A stretch of DNA of 64,000 bases from Rhynchopus sp. YZ270_cl-10 (taxonomy: Eukaryota): NCBI GenBank assembly GCA_964035575.1, contig OZ037844.1:434001-498000 (forward strand), written 5' to 3'. Positions within the stretch are counted from its first letter, which is position 1, and each line of letters opens with the position of its first letter. A program made the position numbers and the translations under genes. Positions 21,108 through 34,492 of this stretch are shown here, in pieces. The notes below the pieces were generated by a model. The model did no database searches, was not told where the DNA came from, and was given only the letters and a program-made list of their open reading frames with translations.

Positions 21108-24100
21108 TGTTTGTTGTGTTGTGGGTTGTTGCACGTCCTGTATTGTGGTGTGTGTTGTGTTGGGGGGGGGGGGGGGAGGAAATGCGTGGAAGAGCGCAGA
21201 ATCAACCAATCACCTGCTGCGGTGTTATGGGGGGAATGTCTTTACCCTGAAAACCTTTTGATGTTTTGCGGATTTATACGAGGTGATGACAGTCCAGGAC
21301 AGCAACAAAAGTGACACTATCTTTTTTGGTATTTTTTTGTTATCCTGACAAATCACACTAGGCGTACTCTCACTTGCCACCTGATTAGGGCCTGAGGCAA
21401 AGTACATATCGACAGCACAACCCCAACCCCCCTCTCGAGTGCGGCAGAGATGAGACGAATGCAGCAAACTCAGTTCTGACTTTATTCTTTTTCATTTTTC
21501 TATTTTTTTTGAAAACAAAAAATGTCCATAGCAATAGAAGCACCGTCGAAGGAGTGCGTTTTTTTTTTTTCTTCTTCTTCATCTCTTTCGTCTCTGTTCC
21601 GAAGGGGTTTGACAGTTACTGAGTATAGATTTATTTCCCCCCAAAAAACCCGGTTTGGGGTTTAAAAAAAAATCCGTTTGGGCAACAAAAGCGAATTTCG
21701 AGCTTTCTCTTTTCCCGGTTTTTCACAACCGGCATATACTATTAAACTCTTCTGCTCTGAAGCAGTGTTTCTTACTAATTTTTTTGTTTTGTGAAAACTT
21801 GGTTGTTTTAGTGTAGACACCCCGAAGATGAACTCCACTACACTACACGCTTCTAGGTAATGCCCGAGAATTGCTCCAGTTTTGTTTTCACCTATCGGTA
21901 CACAGTCGACCTACCCACTACCTGCCACACAACAATACGACTAACCAAGTCTTTTTCATTTGTTGGATTAACACGACACACACTCGCACAAAAAAATATG
22001 ACAAAGGTGTTTGCAGCCCCTCTTAAGCTTCAGCTCCTTCAAAACACACATAACAACAAAATAGAGAATATCGGACACAGCGTAGGGGTAGGGGGTGACG
22101 TCAAAAAAAAAAAGTGAAGTTGATAGTGCAAACGCCTCCGGGAAGCAGGCACTGGAAAAAGAAAAAAAAAAAGAAAACAAACAAACAAACAAAAACGCCT
22201 CTCTACAAATACAAATAAACACACGACGAGGCAAAACAACTCTCTTTGCAAGAAACTACACAAAACAAACCAGAAAAAAGAAAATAAAAGAACGGCAGTC
22301 AAATTGATGCACACCCCCCTTAGATGCCAAACAAGATGAAAACCACAAAAACCACAGGACACCCTGAAAAGATGACCACGTTTTCTTTTCTTGCACAAGA
22401 AAAGTTGGTAACATTGCCTGCTGTCCTCCTCTGTGTTGAACTAGAAACACGGCCATGGGTTCACCCTGGGTAACATGAAATGAACTGACATGCGTTGCCA
22501 CGCTACAAACCTATTCCAAACTTTTATGCAAAAAAAAAAGCATTTTTACGTTTGAGGAATATAGCATGAAACCCGGGGTCACATGGTCACCTTACAACCT
22601 ATAAAAAAACACCTCCCCTGGATGTGTGTGTCAGACCACAAAAATACGTGAAAATACCCTTTGGTTGATTACACGATGGTTTGAAGTAAATGAATTGTGG
22701 TTTTCCACGTTGACTTGCAACGGAATCCGCTGAAACTTCAATTCATGCAAGATATTTACTTCACCGTTGTGACACTCGTAAGGCCCTCACCCGCAACATC
22801 AAATACTGGAAACTTTTTTTTTTGAAAGCAAAACACATCATTTGTTGCGTTCTTCTCTTTATAAAAAAAAGACATAATTTCCGAGCGTTTAATTCGCTGT
22901 GAGGGCTGTAAAAAGTTGAGAATGGAGTGGGAGAGCGTTTACGCTAAAAATATTAAACACATAAACAAAAAGAACTATGTCTCCCTCCTCTCCAGTCCCC
23001 CCCTCACCCGGAAGAGTGCGGTCTGTGAATCACTGCACAATCCAAAGAAAACAAAAATACCCCTAAAATCGCAAAATCTCATCTGTTTTCAAGAGTTAGA
23101 TGAGAAATTGGGAAACACTGAAAAAAAAAATCATAAAAGCAAGAGGCAGTACCAGTGGCGCGGCTACCGATAAGTACCGCGTAGTCAGCGTCACGTCTAC
23201 CATGGTAGGTTACAGTGAAAAAAAAAGCTTCGACGCTTCCCACGTCATACGCAAAATAAATAAAACGTTTTGCTGGAAAAAATGGGGAAAAAAACGTGGA
23301 AATGAATGGGTCTCACCGCCACGTAGCTTAAGAATAAAAAGGAAAAAAGAGAAAAATTAAGATGGACACAAGCCCCGGTTTCTTACCCACCCTTTTAAAA
23401 AGGAGGAATCATAGAAACAACGAGGGGTGTGTGTTTGTGTTCGGAATAAGAAGTGGTCATAACACCTCACTGGGGGGAAAAAATGGGAATAAAATAAAAC
23501 TGTAGTTGTTGATGCAGGCACCGACTGACGCTGCCAGCCCCTGAAAGCACAAAGTACCCTGCGGCCAACAACAGAAGATGTAAAAAGGAAACCTAATGAC
23601 TGGCCCGTACCGTAAGAGAACGAGGGCGGTTCACAACCGCTCGACAGCCGGCGGCCCATCTTCCGTTGTAGAGATGTGAGTTTACAGGTACCCAACTCGT
23701 AGTGAACAATAGTAAATAAAATGTTCTTCGTTTCGTTCCTCTCGCCAATACCTTTTTTTCTTTTTGGCATGTTTCTTCCAAAAATATTTTTATTGTAAAA
23801 ATACATGAGACACCATGCGTTTTCCTTTTTAAGACACTCAAAAACCAAAAACAAAAATCTTGATGAAAATGCCTTGCATGCACACATCGTAAAAAAAAAA
23901 AATGTTTATAAGGTGAACCTTAGCATTGCAGATTCACCTTCACATTCGTTGTTGTACAAAAAAAAAATTTAACGTACAAAATAATGCAACAAAACACACT
24001 CAATCCATACATAGTCTGGACTCTGACCAACCAATGTATGTCAATCAAAACGGATATTTTTTCAAAACAAAACAGAATTTTCAAAAAAAAAAAAAAAAAA

Positions 24101-24109
24101 AAAAACAGA

Positions 24110-25390
24110 TCACCTACGCTCTGTTTGTGTCCAGTCGACGTGGTGGGTTTCATCTCCATCCTCTTTTGCTTTCTTCTCCAACGCCCGCTTTCTGAGCGAT
24201 ATTCTCGTTGTAAAATGCTGCAATGCGAGACCAAAGATGACTGTCGAGTAGGTCACTGCGAGAAGCTGCTCGAGGGTGACGCACATTACCGCGTACCAAC
24301 GCTTTGGCGTAATATCTCCAAACCCACAACCGGTCATTACAGTACACGAAAAGTAAAACATATGCATCAAAAGCTGCACCTGATGACTCGGGTCTGTCTC
24401 CGTAACAGTCTTGTCTATGGGAGCTTCGTTCGGCCATTTGGCATGAATCCCTTCGAACGCTGTAGTATCAATCGCCATAAACAAAAAGTACACCCCCGCC
24501 ATTGCCGTAATCGTACTCAGATAGGACTGCAGAAGGGTTTCCAGGGAGATGGTGTGGTGCGCGATTTGCATTCCGATTTTATACATTATGGCGATTGTCA
24601 TGAAGACGTGGCATAATTGGAAGAGCGCTAAGGCACCGAGAATGAGGTTTACTAATTTTCTGTCTCCTTGCCCCCAAACCTGAGACAACCCCATGAACAA
24701 CGAAAGCGAGAGAATCTGCCAAATGAACCCTGCTGCGGCAAGCCAACGAATCATTCTGCGCGTAAAACGCGGCTTTTTCTTGATACGCCCACCTCTGGCT
24801 GTGACAAGATAGTCGTTAGAGTTGTGTGAATTGCGGGACATAATGCTCATCCTCCTCGATGCACGCGATGGTTCATTCAATGCACCCGCTGGTGCAAACG
24901 TCGGTGTAACCGGGGTAACCATTCCGTCCCTCTCCCTCATTTCATTCTGTGACTGCGCATGGGCCATCCCCTGCCTCGACATCAACGCGATAGCATCAAA
25001 AGGGTTGGCATTCGAGTCGCGTCTGTTGTTCGTCTCGGCCTTCTGCTCCTCCTGTTCATGCGCTGCAACCGAAATGGTTTCCTCAATTCTTGTCAGATTG
25101 TCGGCGCAAAAGACGAGGTTCGCCACCACATCGTGCACCTCGCTTTCACGAACGAGAGGCTCCGTGTCTTCCTCATCTTCTAAAAAGGCGACAAGCTTTT
25201 CGACCAGCTCAGAGGTCGCTTCTAAAGTGGTGATGAAGTTCTCCCTTGTGGAGGAGTTTCGCGGGGGCTGGGCCATGGAGGAGTTGGCCGTGGCGTATCC
25301 AGCTGCGTTGCGGGAGAAGCTTCTGCGCATGTTGCTTGCGGTTGATATTAAAGGATCCCCTTCGCGTGGAGTTTCGCCTTCGGGGGACAT
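24110..25390 (-). CDS. Potassium-channel-family protein (Ion_trans_2-like pore) with long cytosolic N-terminus
   Basis: Several hydrophobic helices; pore helix and filter MFYFSCTVMTGCGFGDITPK; inner helix follows. Confidence 0.85.
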   Translation of the reverse strand: MSPEGETPREGDPLISTASNMRRSFSRNAAGYATANSSMAQPPRNSSTRENFITTLEATSELVEKLVAFLEDEEDTEPLVRESEVHDVVANLVFCADNLTRIEETISVAAHEQEEQKAETNNRRDSNANPFDAIALMSRQGMAHAQSQNEMRERDGMVTPVTPTFAPAGALNEPSRASRRMSIMSRNSHNSNDYLVTARGGRIKKKPRFTRRMIRWLAAAGFIWQILSLSLFMGLSQVWGQGDRKLVNLILGALALFQLCHVFMTIAIMYKIGMQIAHHTISLETLLQSYLSTITAMAGVYFLFMAIDTTAFEGIHAKWPNEAPIDKTVTETDPSHQVQLLMHMFYFSCTVMTGCGFGDITPKRWYAVMCVTLEQLLAVTYSTVIFGLALQHFTTRISLRKRALEKKAKEDGDETHHVDWTQTERR

Positions 25391-26854
25391 TGCAGAGGAG
25401 GGGAAAGAATGAAGAAAAAGGAGAGAAGAGAAGAGAAGAGAGAGACGAAGAAGTGAAGTTGTGTTTTTCTGTGGAGAAAAAATGGGGGGAGAAAAAAATA
25501 CCCCGGGGTGTTGTCCCTGTTCGAGTTGATTAAAAAAAACGCTTTGTTTTTTTGCGCAAATTCTCTGTTTTCTGTTTTTTTTTCAAGCCGGTTCTTCAGG
25601 CATTTTTTGGACGGATGATGGAGGGGGAGGGTGGAGGGAGGGTGGAGAGAGGTGGAGGGGAGTTTGGTTGGTTTCTTTTTTGACACGTGGTCACCTTTTT
25701 TTGTGTCCACATTACCGAAAGTACCTACCATGGGTGGCAAGAGTCTGTAATCAATGTTGCTTCGTACTTTTTTTTTCTAAAAAAAAAAAACTGTAAACCT
25801 CCAATGTTGGCGTGACGCTGACTAACCGGTAGTTTTCAGTAGTCGCTCCACAAGCCTCTCTTGCTTGACTTTTTGTTTGAAAAAATAAACCCTTTTTTGT
25901 GTTGTTGACAAAAATTACGCTACAGCGTATAATTTTCCGCTCACTCGAATTTCGACGAAAAACCGCATTTTCTTTTGTTCTTTTTACTTAATACACAGCC
26001 TCTCATGGCTGTGTAACTTCAGCATCTTCACAAATAGTAGAAAAAAATCATCGCATTCTTGCAAAACCAATAAAGAGAAACATATGAATTGCCTCTCGTA
26101 TACGCACATAACAAAAAACAAAAAAAAAATAAACAACACCCACAGGTGGCAGAGTGCATACTGCACTCCTCCGTTCCGTGTAGGAATTCCCCCTTGTCTC
26201 TTTATTTATTCTATGTGACACTTAGACTGTCAAATCTGCTAGATCTGGCAGTATCAGTGTATTAATTTTTTTTGAATAGTTTGGTAGCCACCTGGTTTTT
26301 GATACCATGTTTGCCGGCGTTTGTGGAGCGCTTGCCGGTGTTCAATGGATGGCAAACGGCTGGCAAACACCGGAAAAGATGGGTCAAAATCAAGTGGCGT
26401 AGACTGCAAAACCCAGAGGAGAATCGCGCTGTCCACTAATACCTTGTGTTCAATTAAATAAAAAAAACCGGGGGCATAAAAGGTTAGGGGGCGTGCAAAA
26501 AAAATGAATAAAAAAAGGGCTCTGGTAGATGACAGCCTCGTGTTGGTCACTGCGAAATAAAAGAGTAGTTGAAAACGTGCTAAAAATGCAGCTCAGTTGA
26601 GCTCGGGGTACTGGGGAGGGGAAAAAACATAACTTATTTTTTTTTAGAGAAACTGAGTCCGTAAATATCATATATCAGGCAGTGTTCAGCCCTGAGGAAT
26701 TACCCGGTATTTGCTTTTCAAATGGGGAAAATCCAACATGACAAACATGTCCAAGTATTCACTCTTCAATGTGATAAACTAGTATTTCGTGTGGAGCCAC
26801 ATGGGGGAAGGGAAGCAAAAAAAAAAAACAAAATGAAAAAAGAAGTGTTACACA

Positions 26855-27531
26855 CAGGGGTCCTAACGCTGTTCTCAAAAAAATTAAAAATGGTAACTTC
26901 AAGGTCACTTCTCGTTTTTTGGGGAGGGAAAAAAAAAACTTTCCCCCCTCAGAGGAACAACAAAAGTGAGGTCGAAAAGGTGCAAATTCCTCGGACATAC
27001 ACCGGACGTTGGTTATCGCCGTATCATAGGGACAGAGTACTAGATACGATTTTTTTTTTGTGAGGCAATTTCGCGGTGTCGCAGTCTGATGCCACCGTTA
27101 TGCTTTTTACCACGAACAACACAACACAGCCATAGGCAGATGTTTTGGCAGATGTTTAGTGGGTGTCAGCCTTCTTATCAGTAACCTCAGTACATTAATA
27201 AAAGAAACGGCGGTCATGTCACCCAAAGGTTCCTGGCGAAGCCACGGTACGCAACATTTCTAAAAAATGCGCTTAAAATTGTGGCAACCTGCAGCCCTGC
27301 AGACCCCTGATCTTGGCAAAAAAGAAAAAAAATTCCCGGACCCTCCAACGTGTTCCCGGTGTATGTTAAGCATCCGAGGTCACTTCGTGACACCGGATTT
27401 CAAAAAATAAAAATAAAAAGGTCACTTTTTAGGGCACTTTTCGAAGGTCACTTCGAAGTGACCTTCGGATTTCAAAAAAATAAAAAAGGTCACTTCAGAA
27501 GTGGTAAAAGTTACCACTCTTAGGACCCCTG
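26855..27531 (+). mobile_element. Complete 677-bp hAT-type MITE, 12-bp TIR, 8-bp TSD
   Basis: CAGGGGTCCTAA / TTAGGACCCCTG. GTTACACA at 26847-26854 and 27532-27539. Subterminal AGGTCACTT/AAGTGACCT repeats. Confidence 0.93.
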
Positions 27532-30373
27532 GTTACACAGTGCATCTTGCAAGTTCTTTTTTGGTGCAAGGTGTTTGGTTAAAGAGCAAAAAAAAAAAAA
27601 GAGATTTTTTTTGTGTAACGTCATCACCAGAGGGTCTACGCTGAAGCACTCAAATCAGATGAGCGAAAAGGAAAAAAAAACCCCCCTCCTTTTGCTGAAA
27701 AGAAATCTTGAAGTCATGAAATGTGAACACTGTTAACGCACACCTTTCTTTATATGAAAGGCGTCACGATAAGTGGGTCGTGGGATGTGGTTGGTGGACA
27801 ATCAACTAAACCGGGGAATATCCGAAAATAGAAAAATTTGGTGAGAATAAAATCCCAAACCTCCGTGAAATAGCACTAAAAAAAATGTAAAAAATGGGAA
27901 ACTTGTCAAATGGATCTCTCTTGCACAACCGAGACTTTAAAAAAAAAACGCAACTAGACTGATGGGAACGGTAGGAGAAACTGAACGGGGCAAATGAACG
28001 GGCAATCTAAAATAAAACTGTGGTTGTTGATGCAGGCACCTCCAACCGACCCACGTACGATGCCAGCCATCCGGATGAAAGCACAAGTACCCTGCGGCCT
28101 ACAACAGAAGATGTAAAAAGGAAACCTAATGACTGGCCCGTACCTAAATAAAATAAAGTGAAGCTGATAGTGCAAAGCGCCTCTGGGACGCAGGCACTGC
28201 TACTCTACCGGAGATGTGTGCTCTTGGCGAGTCCGACGACCGCATTGCGGACAACGGGCTCACCTATTTATGGGTCGAGATCTCGTTCGTTAACGGATGC
28301 AACCAAGACAAAATCACCCGAATATCACATTTTATGAAAGGACCTGCAAGGTGAAGTAAATGACTTGACCTGTGGTTTTACTTGTCCTAATTCACCGTTG
28401 TTAGCCAACGGCGAAAACACAAATAAAACCAGTGTTTAACCACAAGTCATTTCCTTTATTGCGCAAGGTCTGCAGATATCATCCAATCCCTAAGAGCGTG
28501 GCAACAACGAAGCCTATTTGATGCATCAACGTCACCGCCCCACCAGAGAGGTGGGGTTCTGGCGACTCAAAACATCGCATGTTAAGGCTATTTGTAGGCG
28601 TGTCCATTCCTCAATGTCAATGTTATCTTTTGAAGAAAAAACAGAGAAGTTGAAAGTGCAAAACGCCAGAAAAATTCCCATATTTTTTATTTTTGCAGCC
28701 AAGATCGGGTGACTAAAAAAAAAACACAACAGAACAGATGACAGAGAATGTAGAACAGCAAAAAGGGGGAAGGGGGAAAAAAGAGGGATTTTGCGAAAGA
28801 TGAAGAAAGTGGCACAGTGGATCTGTGCATGAAGTTTTTTTTTTTTTTGAAATCTTGGTTGTATTAGTGTAGCCACCCTAGAGTGTGCTCCACTATTTTT
28901 TGTCCATCATCTGGAAAAAATAATAATCTTTGAAAATAGTAAATGTGTTGTTCTCGTGCACATTTCTTATTAGAGAAAATTTCATACCCCACACACACAC
29001 ACCCCTCTAAGCATAAACTCGATGATACCCCCCCTCAAAAAGCCTGAAAGAAGAGCTCGACAGAAACGAACCGTAAAACAGAACAAAAAAATAAAATAAA
29101 AATAAACCACATGGTGCAGTGCCCCACTGCATGCCACCCTAGGTACCCGCCCCCCACCACCACCACCACCACCCTTATCCCAACCGTTTTTGGCATCCAG
29201 ATTCAACTTTATTGTGTAGGAATCCAACCATGCCTCTATTCTCTCGTTTTTTTTCCTTTTTTTTGAAAGTCAAAATATATTTTTTTTTTTGAAAACTGAT
29301 TTCATGGATGTACAAAGTACTTCCCTTTTTTTCACAATCATGTAGGGGGGGTCTGAGACCCAATATTACGACGAAGTGTGGCATTTATCTTTTAAATTTG
29401 ATACATCCCGCAAACGGAGAAGTTATTTGAAAACCGGTTGCAAACAGAACGGTTCAAGCTCTGCACCGACCATGCCCCGCTGTCGTGCGTGCCCCGATAC
29501 CCCTAAAGTTTTGCGAAACATCTCGTCGGTCGTCTGTCACTCCCAACGGCGGAAAGGCAGACAAATCATCAGTGTCGCATTTACTAGGCGCGCCCCATGC
29601 TGCCTTGCCGTCACCGTGTCCAAGAAACCCAAGCCAAGCCTGAAGGGGGTAGTGTGTAATGATATAGACAACGTGGTCGTGATGCTACCTCTCTGAGCAG
29701 CGTGTTGGGTGTGTATGTGATGTATGAAAAAAGGACACTACTAACGATTTGCGCATTCAGAACACAAGGAGTGTTCTAACAGAAAAAAAGTCGACGATCA
29801 GGTCAGCGCTGGATGCACTGCCTTGCACTTCACAGTATTGCGGCATTGTCTATATGGGCAAGCGAAGGACATTATTGCACTCCTGACAGCGCTGTTGCAC
29901 GCAAGACCGCACAGAGCAGAGTTGAAAACTCTGGCTCCGACCTTCACACGAAAAAAGCTAGGAACATCAGGAAACGGGGAAGAGACATTGAGTGGCGATG
30001 CACAAAAAGCGTGTTGCAAGGCAGGAGGCGGATCACAGCTCTACCAAATGTGAGGCAGAGAGAGGGAAGGAGAATGAGAAGTGGCAAGCTTGGTCAGGGT
30101 CACGTCCATTTGAGAACGTTTGGAAAAAGAGGAAAAATAGAAAAACGACGTTCAGGATATGACAGTTAAAATAAAGAAAACACCTTTTCGTTTGTCGCAC
30201 CGCAAAAGGTTGTGTGTTTTTCACCGATGAACGTACGTTGTGAGTGAGGTGTGTCAGTGGAAAAAACAATACGCTAAAGCGCGTCGTTTTCCATTTCTAA
30301 TTCAATGCTTGATAACATAAGATAACAAACGGAAAAATATGAGCAGATGAACACAAAAAAAAAAGGGCCATAC

Positions 30374-30490
30374 CCCCTTGCTGTTAGCACAGCCACGAGC
30401 ATTTGCATGGCTGGTCAGCTTCTCGCTCATCTTCCGGCGCCCCTGCTCCTCCACCCGCTTGCGTTTGTCAGCTTCGAAGTCCATCACCAT
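30374..30490 (-). CDS. Probable exon 2 of the MAPKK gene
   Basis: CAG|ATGGTG acceptor and GGG|GTATGG donor. In frame (phase 0) with donor AAG|GTGTGT at 32282/32281. Encodes MVMDFEADKRKRVEEQGRRKMSEKLTSHANARGCANSKG. Confidence 0.65.
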
Positions 30491-30578
30491 CTGCGCATTT
30501 AATTTTTTTTTGTAATTATTTCCTCCCCCCATACCCTACCACGAAGTTGCCTCCCACTTATGCCACTTTTTTTCTTAA

Positions 30579-30837
30579 AGGGGGGGGAGGGATAATTGTA
30601 GAATGGCGGATAAAATAAAAAATATCGCCAGTTTTTTCTTCTCAAAAAATGGGGGATAGTTGTAGTGGGGGATAAAAAAAAAATATCTCTCTTTTTTCCC
30701 ACCTGAATATCCCCATCCCAAGGAAAATCCACACCAAAAACGCGGTGTGGGAAGTGGGGGATAACTGTAGTGGGGGATAAAATAAAATAAAATGGGGGAG
30801 AAAAACGGGGGATAATTGTTTTATCCCCCACCCCCCT
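30579..30837. mobile_element. Kolobok-like MITE with GGGGGATAA repeats
   Basis: TTAA|AGGGGGGGGAGGGATAA ... TTATCCCCCACCCCCCT|TTAC; internal GGGGGATA(A/G)(T/C)TGTAGTGGGGGATAA repeats. Confidence 0.55.
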
Positions 30838-30859
30838 TTACAAAACATCAAAAAAAAAA

Positions 30860-32159
30860 CAAGTAATTGCTATCGGAAAAAAAACGGGGTGTGCTGTGGA
30901 ACTCCATCCTGTAGAAATAATCTACAACACGCCCAGCATTCTGCTCTTCTACTGCGGAGCTTTCCACAGCACACCCCGCTTTTTTCTTAGCAATTAGTTG
31001 TTCTTGTTGTTATTGTTATTTTCAACCACCTTCCTTCAACCCTTGTAGGGATCAGTTGCCATTTTTTTCGCGAAAACATGAAATTATACATTTCAAGAGA
31101 ACAAATTAAAAAGGGTCCTTATTTGCATTTTTGGGCTCCGCCCGTGCAGTGGTGGGGTCAATCTCGAAAATTGGACAATTTTTTGACCACTTAAATTTTG
31201 AGAAATATGAGCCCGGTTGCTTATACGTGGGGCCCATTTTCGGCTAAAATTTTCCTCAAAATCTGGTTTTGTAAAATTGACCCTTTACTCCCCCCCCACA
31301 TCGATTTCAATACTATACCTTACTTCACCTACGGTTGCCCTTACAGGGGGGTGAAGGAAGGTAAGTTGATAAAAAGGGTCCTTATTTGCATTTTTGGGCT
31401 CCGCCCGTGCAGTGGTGGGGTCAATCTCGAAAATTGGACAATTTTTTGACCACTAAAATTTTGAGAAATATGAGCCCGGTTGCTTATACGTGGGGCCCAT
31501 TTTCGGCTAAAATTTTCCTCAAAATCTGGTTTTGTAAAATTGACCCTTTACTCCCCCCCCACATCGATTTCAATACTATACCTTACTTCACCTACGGTTG
31601 CCCTTACAGGGGGGTGAAGGAAGGTAAGTTGAAAAAGGGTCCTTATTTGCATTTTTGGGCTCCGCCCGTGCAGTGGTGGGGTCAATCTCGAAAATTGGAC
31701 AATTTTTTGACCACTTAAATTTTGAGAAATATGAGCCCGGTTGCTTATACGTGGGGCCCATTTTCGGCTAAAATTTTCCTCAAAATCTGGTTTTGTAAAA
31801 TTGACCCTTTACTCCCCCCCCACATCGATTTCAATACTATACCTTACTTCACCTACGGTTGCCCTTACAGGGGGGTGAAGGAAGGTAAGTTGATAAAAAG
31901 GGTCCTTATTTGCATTTTTGGGCTCCGCCCGTGCAGTGGTGGGGTCAATCTCGAAAATTGGACAATTTTTTGACCACTAAAATTTTGAGAAATATGAGCC
32001 CGGTTGCTTATACGTGGGGCCCATTTTCGGCTAAAATTTTCCTCAAAATCTGGTTTTGTAAAATTGACCCTTTACTCCCCCCCCACATCGATTTCAATAC
32101 TATACCTTACTTCACCTACGGTTGCCCTTACAGGGGGGTGAAGGAAGGTAAGTTGAAAA
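30860..32159 (-). mobile_element. Helentron/HINE-like element, copy 2, with four ~262-bp tandem units
   Basis: Same inverted arms (30860-31000, short loop), same subterminal IR and unit as 8785-10115. Units alternate A/B with a 524-bp period. Confidence 0.65.
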
Positions 32160-32281
32160 CTAAACTAATATTGTGCCACTTGATTTGTCCTCACTAATCT
32201 ACTGAGTCAAAAGCGTGACTAATTTACCGTTGGCTTATCTAGTTCAGTTTCTAATAACAGTGTAAGAAGAAAAAAACACAC

Positions 32282-34492
32282 CTTCGCCCAGTCGCCCAGC
32301 TTATGTGTTTCGGATAGCTCCGGAAAGTCGAAGGCAGCGTGCTGTAAGAGCTCCTCTGCAGACCCACGCCGTTCAGGCGACATCTCGAGACACTGCATGA
32401 TCAGGTCTTGGAAGTCTGCCGACACTTCTTCTTGCGGCCAGACGAGTTTGTCTAGTGTGTAGAAATTCTCCTGCATCATCCACGTTGTGACCACCGACGT
32501 CTTCAAGCTCGGAAACGGATGACATCCACTGGCCAACTCCAACAACGAGACACCCAACGCCCATATGTCTGCTGCGCTGGTGTATTCAGTTGTGTTCCCA
32601 TTCATTCGCTCTGGCGCCATGTACGCAGAGGTGCCTACGTTTAGGGGAGTCGCTGCGACCGCCCCGCAGGAATCCATGAAGGAGACGCACCCAAAATCGC
32701 AGATTTTGACCTTCCCCTGTTTGTTCATCAATATATTCGCGGGTTTGATGTCCTTATGCACGACCCCGCTTGCAGCCCCGTTCCCGTACTCCATATTGTG
32801 GAGATACGCAAGCCCCTGCAGAATCTGATGTCCGATCATTAATACCACCTTCTCGGGCATTGCAGTTCCGGGCCGTCGTTGCGGTTTTTTGGGTTTTGGG
32901 CTTTTTTTGGAGGGAGGGGAGGAAAGCGGGGAGGAGGTATGGGTTGTGGTTGTGGACAGAGGTGTTGCGACAGACATTGGCGCAGTAGGGGTGGCCGTTG
33001 TAGGGGTAGATGCAGTGGAGAAGGAGGAGTCGGTGGACATAACAGAGGCGGTACGGTGCGCTTCCTTAAAAGACATAGAGCTGCTGGAACTCTCCCTGAA
33101 GGAGGCCTCCTTGAAGACAAGGGGCTCCTTGAACTCCTTCTGCTTTTGATGGTCCCGCAACTTTTTTTTGTGATTTTTTGGAGTCCCCGCGGGGGTGATC
33201 TTGCCCTTCGTGATCCCCATCATTTTGTCATATGGTATAGTCGCCACCGCCTCGCCAATGCCGCTCAAGCTCCAGTCCATATATTCAAACAAAATCAACA
33301 AACAGTTTGATCTGTAAAACGCATTGTACGACTTCACAATGTAATCCGAATCGTGATGAACAAATAACATCGATAATTCTCGTTGAATTTGCTTAAGTTG
33401 CGCCTGAACGTGAGCTTCATCCTTTTTGTATAAATTCAAATCAATCTTTTTGAGCGCCAAGGGACGCCCGGTAATTCTATGAGCACATCGTAGAACACAA
33501 CCTTGCGCACCCTTCCCGATCATATCAGTGGTAATCGCAAGGTCCTCATATTGAATGCCTGGTGAGTCCGAATGCTCCTCCCAGCTTCCGGTGTAGGCAG
33601 GGATAGGGGAAATATCGGAGGACGCAGTCTTGATCGACAAATACGCCCTTTGCTCTGCCCCCGAAGAGCCTACAGTGAACTGCGGTCTCAAAGAGTCTTC
33701 CCCTTCCCAGGCTTGCACGAAAGGGTCAAAGAGGAGGTCTTTTTCTTCTTCAGGGTCCATTGGAGCTCCGTCAGGTTTGGGGTTTGTCACCATAAGTTTT
33801 GATCCATCTGATGGAAACGAATCTGGCCGGTATTTTCCACGGCGTCGTCGTCTCTTCCATGTCTGCGCGCTTACTGCGTTGATGAGCAGTCCAAACCCTC
33901 CGTCTCCTTCCGTTACAATCTGAAATCCAGGAATGTCTGTCTCCTTAGGAAGGGAAGACGCAACGATTGCGATACAACCTGCAATCATCACTTCAGCAGA
34001 GGATGGGCACGGAGACGGCGGGCTGCTCTTTGCATCTGTCGTCGGAGAATCGGTTAAATCGAATGAAGGCAGAGAGGATGACTTCGGCACCATCCTCTTC
34101 CTCATCTGCGGCGCCCCTTCATCCATTGTAGGAATCGCAGCAGGCTTTGGTGCAGGCTTTCTCCTTCTCGGGACCTCATTGAACGAACTCCCTGCTGCAA
34201 CGATAACCGGTTTTTCTGCTCCCCCAGGCGCAGCTATATTCGTTTCCAACCCTTCGCAGGTATATGTCGACAATGCATCAGCCTTTGGTGGAGGGGCCTT
34301 CCTTTTCGGAAGGAAAAACCCCCCTAATGTTATGATAGGTGTCGGTGGCTTCTCCGGTGGAGGAGGAATCGCTTCAGGAACAACACGCATGACCGTTTTT
34401 TTCTTAGGGAGGGCATCCAGAGGGCTGGTGGTAGATGAGACCTTACCAGCCGGCTTGGATGGCCTCCTACGAGTAGGACGACCGGCAGTCAT
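32282..34492 (-). CDS. STE7/MAP kinase kinase family protein kinase, exon 1
   Basis: IGKGAQGCV, LALKKI, QIQREL, YIVKSYNAFY, EYMD, HKDIKPANIL, KICDFG, VGTSAYMAPERM, ADIWALG. Long basic/Pro-rich N-terminus and a long Ser/Thr/Pro insert inside the kinase domain. Confidence 0.9.

Noticed and set aside
29376..30053. GC-richer segment as further MAPKK exons or a separate gene
   Set aside because: Possible acceptor near 30040, but no recognisable protein signal in any frame.
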